From an uncultured bacterium (GTDB taxonomy: Bacteria; SAR324; NAC60-12): a stretch of 25,627 bases of DNA. Under the pieces are notes generated by a model, which saw only the letters and a list, made by a program, of their open reading frames with translations, had not been told where the DNA came from and ran no database searches. Numbering within the stretch: position 1 is the first letter of the stretch; each line of letters opens with the position of its first letter. Location: assembly GCA_965662845.1 (NCBI GenBank), contig CBFIJD010000040.1, positions 1 through 25,627 of the forward strand. Reading direction: 5' to 3'. The translations under genes and the position numbers were made by a program. This document shows positions 16,549 through 23,209 of the stretch, one piece after another.

Positions 16549-17505
16549 ATGCGCAGCACACTCTCCTTCTTCGCGACACTACTGCTGTTCCTGACGACGC
16601 TCGCCGGTTCTGGCGTCGCACAGGAACCGACTTCCGGGCACATGCTTGATCGTCTGGAATTCATCCCCGGCGACCCCTCTTACTTGACCGTCAAAGGGGT
16701 CTTTGACGAGACGCTCTTCCCCTCCATTCAGATCAACTCTGGCGACGCAGCCGGAGAGTTCAACATCGAAATCCCCAAAGCTTTTGTCAATAACATCACT
16801 CTGCCGGATCGCGAAGTGGCCTTCGCTGAAGAGCAAAGCGTACAGAGGGTCTCGCTGCAAGAGCGCATCAGCCGCACAGGCGGAGGCAACATCGACTTCT
16901 TGGTCGATATGCAAGTCGTCGCCGCCAATGGGGACGTGCAGATTGAGCTAGATCGTGAAAAGTCTGATGCCCAGCAGTTGACCTTCACCCTCGTCCCCAT
17001 GAGAGACCGCCTGCGCGAGCAAGATCAAAACCGAGCCCGCCAGACGCAGCCAAATTCGGGGATGATGCAACAGATGGCCGAGGCCGCTGGCAACGGAGTG
17101 CGTCAAATCAAGCCGATGGCTTCCGCAGCTCGCAACGCCGTGCTGCTGCATCCTGTCGCCGCGATGTTGATGTATCAACAACCTGTGCAGCTCAATGTTT
17201 CGGTACTCAATGCCTCCAGTCGTGATCAAAATGCGCAACGCCTAGCGATTCTGCTCGATCGCCAACAGCGCCAGCGCTTGGAAGAGCAGATTGGCATGCG
17301 CTTGGAGGTGACCAACATTTCTTCTGTTCGCGAGGGAATGGTACTGCCTCGCACTAAGATTTACTTCCGCCCCAACTTCCTCAAGGCCGCGTTGTCGCTG
17401 GCGGAAGTGATTCCCGGAGAGCAAATCGTGGAACTCATGCCATCCAGCCACAAAGGACGGATGGGAACTGACATCGAAGTGTATGTAGGAGAAAATTTTG
17501 AGTGA
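16549..17505 (+). CDS. Exported protein with C-terminal LytR_C-like domain
   Basis: Signal peptide from ATG 16549 (MRSTLSFFATLLLFLTTLAGSGVA); C-terminal VSVLNAS...AQRLA..L...TKIYF...A..LA...DIEVYVGENF matches the LytR_C pattern. Confidence 0.7.
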   Translation: MRSTLSFFATLLLFLTTLAGSGVAQEPTSGHMLDRLEFIPGDPSYLTVKGVFDETLFPSIQINSGDAAGEFNIEIPKAFVNNITLPDREVAFAEEQSVQRVSLQERISRTGGGNIDFLVDMQVVAANGDVQIELDREKSDAQQLTFTLVPMRDRLREQDQNRARQTQPNSGMMQQMAEAAGNGVRQIKPMASAARNAVLLHPVAAMLMYQQPVQLNVSVLNASSRDQNAQRLAILLDRQQRQRLEEQIGMRLEVTNISSVREGMVLPRTKIYFRPNFLKAALSLAEVIPGEQIVELMPSSHKGRMGTDIEVYVGENFE

Positions 17506-19006
17506 GCGACGTTTGATCCGTAAAGCAGCAGTTTGGATCCTGCTAGGCTTAGTAGCTGTAGCGCCAAGCCTCTGGGCCTTCCCAGAATACACCTCCCGTC
17601 AAAACGCCATTCGCCTCGCTGAGGTTCTTGACAAAGGCCAATATCGTGATCTCCGCATCGCCTCTGTCTTCGTTAAGAATCGCACCAACGATGAGCACTT
17701 CCTGCAAGCCGTCCTCGAAGACGGCTCTAGCCAAGAGTGGCGCCTGAACCAAATTTATGAGTGGGCCCTGACAGACCAGCTGCAGCTCACCGGCAACCGC
17801 GTCTTGGTTTTTCCGTCCGATGAAAGCACCGAGTTCGGCGTCCTCGACAAAAACGAGTTCTATCGCATGGTCTTGACCTCCGAAGCGTTCGTGAAGACTT
17901 ATGGAGAGCACGACCTTCTGGAGAACAAGCAGCTCATCTTTGGGATTCGCCGTTTCCGCATGCTGCACCCAGACGAAGAAGAGCAATTCTCGCAAGATGA
18001 GCAAGGGAACCGCTTTCGCTATGTCTTGGAGCTAGACAACGGCGGGCGCGAAATTCTGACTTACTTAGACGCCTTCCAGCTGATGAACAACGGAGCCTTC
18101 GTGCAAAAGGCGCTAGAGGACGACGTCGTGCTGACCCAACCCTATCTGGTCCGCGAGCTGGTCGCGATCCCTCGCCAAGTCGAGGATGAGCTGCGCAACA
18201 TCTGGCGCTTTGGAGTCGAGATTATTTTTGATCAAAATGTGGAACTCACACCCGACATGGTTCCGTACCAAATCGTGGAGCAAAACCTACGAGATCCAGA
18301 GACCGGCCTGCGCAAAAACCAGTTTTTCATCCACGTGATGATCCCCAACGCTGAGAAGATCCGCGAGGTTCCCGGCTTCCGCGCCCTTGAATACCTCCAA
18401 CACGTGGAAGTCGTCACCGACGTAGAGCATCAGCAGCGAGTCTTCCTCCGCGCTCAGATTACACCCCAGATTTTTGAGCTGCCGCCTTATGTAGAGGTCA
18501 CCCGCAACAACTCTGTTGTGGTCAACTTCTTCACGGTCACCGACCAAACCGTGACACGTCGCCAGCAGTTTATGGAATCCCGTGTCCCCATCACAGGGCT
18601 TCAATCGGCGATGTTTGCTTATCCAGAAGAAACCGAGTTCGAGAAACACTACCTGAGGGCAGTCGAGCAGATCCGCTCCGCGCAACGGCAGTCTAATACC
18701 CACCTGAAGATTGACACTTATTTGAGCGCGCTTGCGAGCCTGCATGACGCGGCGATCAACGCGCAGAATGACCAAGAGATCGCACAAGCGCTGTTGCAGC
18801 GAGACACCCTGCTCCAGACGCTGCCTGACCTGATCATCTCTAACACACAGCGCAAAATTTTAGAGAGCACCAAAGAGCAGCAAGACTCTTCTCAAATGGA
18901 AGAGACACGCCGGCAGCTCTTATCTCACCTAGACCGAGCCGCAGAGTTCGCCACACAGCGCGAACAGCAGCAAAAGATCGCGTCTCTGCAAAATATTCTG
19001 CGCTGA
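17498..19006 (+). CDS. Exported hypothetical protein (502 aa)
   Basis: TTG start with AGGAG SD at 17487-17491, overlapping the upstream stop; signal peptide (RRLIRKAAVWILLGLVAVAPSLWA); helical C-terminus. Confidence 0.8.
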   Translation: MSERRLIRKAAVWILLGLVAVAPSLWAFPEYTSRQNAIRLAEVLDKGQYRDLRIASVFVKNRTNDEHFLQAVLEDGSSQEWRLNQIYEWALTDQLQLTGNRVLVFPSDESTEFGVLDKNEFYRMVLTSEAFVKTYGEHDLLENKQLIFGIRRFRMLHPDEEEQFSQDEQGNRFRYVLELDNGGREILTYLDAFQLMNNGAFVQKALEDDVVLTQPYLVRELVAIPRQVEDELRNIWRFGVEIIFDQNVELTPDMVPYQIVEQNLRDPETGLRKNQFFIHVMIPNAEKIREVPGFRALEYLQHVEVVTDVEHQQRVFLRAQITPQIFELPPYVEVTRNNSVVVNFFTVTDQTVTRRQQFMESRVPITGLQSAMFAYPEETEFEKHYLRAVEQIRSAQRQSNTHLKIDTYLSALASLHDAAINAQNDQEIAQALLQRDTLLQTLPDLIISNTQRKILESTKEQQDSSQMEETRRQLLSHLDRAAEFATQREQQQKIASLQNILR

Positions 19007-19016
19007 TGCCTCCACC

Positions 19017-19036
19017 GAGAGCGGCCCGCCGCTCTC
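19017..19036 (+). terminator. GC-rich hairpin closing the gyrA block
   Basis: 8-bp perfect stem GAGAGCGG/CCGCTCTC with CCCG loop, 10 bp after the stop; no adjacent U-tract. Confidence 0.45.
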
Positions 19037-19057
19037 ACCCCACGACGAAATTCCTCC

Positions 19058-19085
19058 TTGTAGTTCTCCTTTTGTGTGCTAGTGT
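19058..19085 (+). promoter_or_regulatory. Putative sigma-70 promoter with extended -10
   Basis: TTGTAG(19058-63)-16 bp-TAGTGT(19080-85), with TG at 19077-78. Confidence 0.45.
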
Positions 19086-19125
19086 CCCACCCCTTGCTTG
19101 TGAGAACCCTCCAGTCTGAGGAACC

Positions 19126-19230
19126 ATGCTGCATCAGTTCGCCTACCTTCCTAAATGGCAACCATTGCCGTTTGGCTGTTTCAGTGGAATCATATTGGTT
19201 TGTCTGCTTGCCACATTGCTAGCTCTGTAA
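19126..19230 (+). CDS. 34-aa single-TM microprotein (not in ORF track)
   Basis: GAGGA SD at 19118-19122; translated by hand as MLHQFAYLPKWQPLPFGCFSGIILVCLLATLLAL-stop. Confidence 0.55.
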   Translation: MLHQFAYLPKWQPLPFGCFSGIILVCLLATLLAL

Positions 19231-19253
19231 CATCCTTTCCATTTGAAGCCACT

Positions 19254-19535
19254 ATGAGCGTCACTCAAGAACAAGAACCGCAACAACCTGCCCAGCCTGG
19301 CTTCAATCGCGAAGCTGAAGTCCTGCATCAAGATATAGAACGCCGCAGAATGATCATGATCATCTGCTACGCCATCTGGAATTTGGCGTCGTTGTCCTTT
19401 TTTATTATGCCCCTCCTCAAACTCGCAGAGGTCGAGAGCCACTACCCCTACATGTTCGCCAACTTTGGCCTCTCATTCTTCGTCTTGTTGTGGTTTTGGC
19501 GCCGTCACCCTATCCCAGATGTGGAAGCACGATGA
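19254..19535 (+). CDS. Small 2-TM membrane protein (93 aa)
   Basis: ATG 19254 preferred over 19155; two hydrophobic helices; TGA overlaps the next ATG (ATGA 19532-19535). Confidence 0.65.
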   Translation: MSVTQEQEPQQPAQPGFNREAEVLHQDIERRRMIMIICYAIWNLASLSFFIMPLLKLAEVESHYPYMFANFGLSFFVLLWFWRRHPIPDVEAR

Positions 19536-20278
19536 TTCATTTGATTCCAGCACCGGCTGTGGTCACAGTTGGGGACGAGTTAATCTTAGGTGAATTAGCA
19601 AACGGTAATCTGCAGTGGATGTTGCAGTGGCTCAAAGAGCAAGGACAGCCGGCGGGCACTGCGATTACGCTGCCAGATCATGTTGAAGTGATTGGGAATT
19701 GGCTCCGCAAATTGCGCGAAGACTATAGCCCGATTCTGGTTTCTGGCGGAATTGGCGGGACTCACGATGACTGCACCCGCGCTGGTATCGCGCGCGCCTT
19801 AGACGTTCCCTTGGTGCGCCATCGAGAATGCTACGGCCAACTCAAAGAGAAGTACCAAGACCGCCTCAATGAGGCCCGCTCGCGCATGGCCGACCTCCCG
19901 GAAGGCGCCTCTCTGATTCCGAACACCCACGGGGCCCCAGGCTTTTACTTGCAAAACATCTTCGCCTTCCCCGGCTTTCCGAGCATGCTACAAGAGATGG
20001 TCCCGCAGACGCTCGACCTCTGGACCCTGCCTCACGCCCAGTGGGCCGAAGAAGAAGAGCAACTTGAGATCCCAGAAGGAGACGCTGCCGCTGCCGTTGA
20101 GACCTTTAGCCGCGCCTGGCCAAGCGCGCGACTTGGGATCTATGCCGACAGCAACCTGACGCTGCCTCGCAAAATCAAGCTCCGCTTGCGCTACCCTGCT
20201 ACCGAACACGAAGTGCACAACGCCTTCGCGACCCTTGTCCAACGCCTCCGCGACGAATCTTCCAGCCGAACCTCATGA
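19532..20278 (+). CDS. CinA-like molybdopterin-binding-domain protein lacking the PncC domain
   Basis: VTVGDELILG, LPD, SGGIGGTHDDCT, RMADLPEGA, APGF, FPGFP; ATGA overlaps at both ends. Confidence 0.85.
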   Translation: MIHLIPAPAVVTVGDELILGELANGNLQWMLQWLKEQGQPAGTAITLPDHVEVIGNWLRKLREDYSPILVSGGIGGTHDDCTRAGIARALDVPLVRHRECYGQLKEKYQDRLNEARSRMADLPEGASLIPNTHGAPGFYLQNIFAFPGFPSMLQEMVPQTLDLWTLPHAQWAEEEEQLEIPEGDAAAAVETFSRAWPSARLGIYADSNLTLPRKIKLRLRYPATEHEVHNAFATLVQRLRDESSSRTS

Positions 20279-22224
20279 TCTCCATTTCTAACCTTGGGAT
20301 GCAATACGGTCCCAAGATTCTCTTTCAGCAAGCCAGCCTCAACTTCGACCCCGGAAAACGCTATGGCCTCGTCGGCGCCAACGGAGCTGGAAAATCTACC
20401 CTCCTCAGGATTCTGACAGGCGAAGAGAACGCCTCTGACGGCAAAGTGGCCGTCCCCCGCGAAACCAAACTGGGCATCCTCAAACAGGATCACTTCAGCT
20501 ACGAAGAGACCGTGATCTTGCACGTGGTGTTGCAAGGCAGAACGCGCCTCTGGGAAGCCTTTGAGCAAAAAGAGAGGCTGCTGTCCCAAAGCACGATGGA
20601 CGAAGAGACCGGGCACCAGCTCGCGCATTTGGAAGAAGTCATCGCCGAAGAAGATGGCTACACCGCTGAAGCCTTCGCCGCAGAACTCCTCGCCGGCCTC
20701 GGCATCGCCGAACCATATCATCCAGAAAAGATGCGCTCGCTGTCTGGTGGCTTCAAGCTGCGGGTGCTCTTGGCGCAAGTGCTCTTCAGTCAGCCCGATG
20801 TGTTGCTCTTGGACGAACCGACCAACCACCTTGACATTGTCTCAATCCGTTGGCTCGAAGACTTTCTGATCAACACCTATCAAGGCACGCTGATTTTTGT
20901 CTCGCACGACCGCGACTTCCTCAACTCCGTGTCAACTCATATCGTGGACATCGACTACCAAGAGGTTCGCCCGTATGTCGGCAACTACGACAAATTCTTA
21001 GACGCCAAAGATCTCGCGTCCGAACAACGCCAGAAAGAGATCGACAGCGTGGAGAAGAAAGCCGCAGAAATGCAAGCCTTCGTAGATCGCTTCCGCGCCA
21101 AAGCCACCAAAGCGCGACAAGCGCAGTCTCGCGTCCGCATGATCGAGAAGATGGACATTCCAGAGGCCAAACGCTCCACACGGGTCGCCCCGAATTTGCG
21201 TTTTCTACAGACGCGCCCTTCGGGCAAGACGGTGCTCACCCTCAAAAACGTCCATAAATCGTTCGGCGACGTGCGTGTTCTCAAAGGGGTGAGCACCGAA
21301 ATTCAACGCGGAGAAAAAGTCGCCCTGATTGGCCCCAACGGCGTAGGAAAGTCCACCTTGCTCAAAATTGCGCTGGGCAATCTACACGCCGAGCAAGGGG
21401 AGACCGAGTGGGGCTATGAAGCACAAGTCTCTTACTTTGCTCAAGATCACCACGATCTGCTCACCGGAAAAGTCAGCGTCTATGACTGGCTCTACTCCTT
21501 CGCTCCCCAAGAAAGCATCGGCACCATCCGTGGCTTGTTGGGGCAAGTTTTGTTCTCAGGAGACTCTGTCAAAAAAAGCGTCAACGCGCTCAGCGGAGGA
21601 GAAGCCGCTCGCTTGCTCTTCGCAAAAATCATGTTGGAAAAACGCAACGTGCTCGTGCTGGACGAACCGACCAACCACCTCGACCTAGAAGGCGTCGACG
21701 CCCTCGCCGATGCCCTCGCCGAGTTCGAAGGTACCGTCATCGTGGTGAGCCACGACCGTCACTTTGTAGCGCGGGTCGCGACGCATATTTTGGAGCTTAC
21801 CCCAGACGGCGCACGCGACTTCTCTGGAAGCTACAAGGACTACTTAGAGCGCTTTGGAGACGACTACCTCAATCGCGATATGACGCATCTGCACGAGGCC
21901 AAACCCAGCCAAACGCAGCCCGCTCAGGCTCAAGCTGTCCAGAAGCCCAAACTCTCAGGGGCAGAGCGCAAAGAGCAACGCAAGCAGATCTCTCAGCTTC
22001 AAAAGAAAGTAGACAAACTCGAGCAGGAAATTGCTGCCCACGAAACGCAGATTGAACAAATCGAGCAGCGCTTCAGCTCTGAAAATTTTTATCGAGACAC
22101 CCAAAACGAAGAAATTCAGCGTTTAGAAGCGCAAAAGACCGATCTTCAGCAGCGTCTTGCACAACATCTGCAGCGCTGGGAAGAGGCTAGCAGCGCGCTG
22201 GAAGAACTCAGACAAACCGCCTGA
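20275..22224 (+). CDS. ABC-F family ATPase (ribosome-associated) with C-terminal coiled coil
   Basis: Two NBDs (GANGAGKST/LSGG/LLLDEPTNHLD and GPNGVGKST/LSGGE/LVLDEPTNHLD), helical linker KATKARQAQSR, no TM segments. Confidence 0.93.
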   Translation: MISISNLGMQYGPKILFQQASLNFDPGKRYGLVGANGAGKSTLLRILTGEENASDGKVAVPRETKLGILKQDHFSYEETVILHVVLQGRTRLWEAFEQKERLLSQSTMDEETGHQLAHLEEVIAEEDGYTAEAFAAELLAGLGIAEPYHPEKMRSLSGGFKLRVLLAQVLFSQPDVLLLDEPTNHLDIVSIRWLEDFLINTYQGTLIFVSHDRDFLNSVSTHIVDIDYQEVRPYVGNYDKFLDAKDLASEQRQKEIDSVEKKAAEMQAFVDRFRAKATKARQAQSRVRMIEKMDIPEAKRSTRVAPNLRFLQTRPSGKTVLTLKNVHKSFGDVRVLKGVSTEIQRGEKVALIGPNGVGKSTLLKIALGNLHAEQGETEWGYEAQVSYFAQDHHDLLTGKVSVYDWLYSFAPQESIGTIRGLLGQVLFSGDSVKKSVNALSGGEAARLLFAKIMLEKRNVLVLDEPTNHLDLEGVDALADALAEFEGTVIVVSHDRHFVARVATHILELTPDGARDFSGSYKDYLERFGDDYLNRDMTHLHEAKPSQTQPAQAQAVQKPKLSGAERKEQRKQISQLQKKVDKLEQEIAAHETQIEQIEQRFSSENFYRDTQNEEIQRLEAQKTDLQQRLAQHLQRWEEASSALEELRQTA

Positions 22225-22235
22225 AAGGCATCGCT

Positions 22236-22610
22236 ATGATTAAAGTTCTATTGATGGAAGATGAAATCGGCCTGCTGAACACCACGCAGGAATTTCTTGA
22301 AGTGCTGGGATATGAAGTCCACGCAGCAACCAACGGCATCGACGGTATGAAAATCCTGGCAGACACCCCCATTGATTTGGTCATCACCGACATTCGCATG
22401 CCCCGCAAAAATGGGCTGGAAGTCATCCGTGAGTTGAACCGAACGCGCCCCGAGCTGCCGATCATTGCTGCTTCAGGGGGAGGTGAGTTGGCGGGAGAAG
22501 AAATCGACGAGGCCCTCAGCAAACTCAACATTGTCGCCAACTTCGGCAAGCCCTTTTCCATGAAAGAGATCCACCAAGTCATCCAGAAGCACCTGAGCGA
22601 CAAAGCCTGA
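22236..22610 (+). CDS. Single-domain response regulator receiver
   Basis: VLLMEDE, DLVITDIRMP (phospho-Asp), IIAASG, KPF; no output domain. Confidence 0.9.
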   Translation: MIKVLLMEDEIGLLNTTQEFLEVLGYEVHAATNGIDGMKILADTPIDLVITDIRMPRKNGLEVIRELNRTRPELPIIAASGGGELAGEEIDEALSKLNIVANFGKPFSMKEIHQVIQKHLSDKA

Positions 22611-22672
22611 CCCGCGCGACGCCCGCCGTCTCCATCATCGCTACGCTTTTCCATTCCGCATCAAGGTTCCGC

Positions 22673-23203
22673 ATGTCTGACCACGTCCCCGCTGAAAACA
22701 CCGAGCGCGAGCTGCTCATCCAAACTCTGCGTCTCCAAGAACAGGCTTCGGTCTCGAACATCTCTCAGCTCGTCGAGTGCCGCAAACAACTCGAACTCGC
22801 GCGGCTGCAGAATCAAATTCTCACCAACACCGCCGATCACTCTGCCGACCCCCAACTCCGCGCTGAAGTCTCTGAGTTGCGCGACCAAGAGACCCTCAAT
22901 CTCGAAAACCTGACCTACGACTACTTGATGCTGCTAGAAGAAGAGCGGCAGTGGCTGATGATGTTCGTGCGCTGTTTTGATGAGATGAACTTTCCCGATG
23001 GCGGCGTGTGGAAGACCTTCTTCACAGAAGAAATGGAGGAGCAAGACTTTGCCTTTCGCAAGCTGCTGAACGCTCGCAAAGAAAAAGCCGAAGCCGTCCG
23101 CGCCGCTCAGCAAGCGGCCCAAGCCGAAGAGAGCCACGCCAACCTGCCTCCAGAAGCGACGACGGGAACCATCTCAGCGGCAGACTCGCCCCCAGCCAAC
23201 TGA
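22673..23203 (+). CDS. Hypothetical acidic, helical/coiled-coil protein (176 aa)
   Basis: Long ATG ORF between the receiver gene and smc (6-bp gap to smc). Confidence 0.75.
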   Translation: MSDHVPAENTERELLIQTLRLQEQASVSNISQLVECRKQLELARLQNQILTNTADHSADPQLRAEVSELRDQETLNLENLTYDYLMLLEEERQWLMMFVRCFDEMNFPDGGVWKTFFTEEMEEQDFAFRKLLNARKEKAEAVRAAQQAAQAEESHANLPPEATTGTISAADSPPAN

Positions 23204-23209
23204 CGCCCC

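Noticed and set aside
19155..19253. N-terminal extension of the 126-aa ORF
   Set aside because: No SD, the start lies in a hairpin, and it overlaps the better-supported 34-aa ORF; ATG 19254 preferred.
20275..22224. ABC-F as an antibiotic-resistance gene
   Set aside because: Architecture and housekeeping context fit general translation-factor ABC-Fs; resistance cannot be supported from motifs alone.
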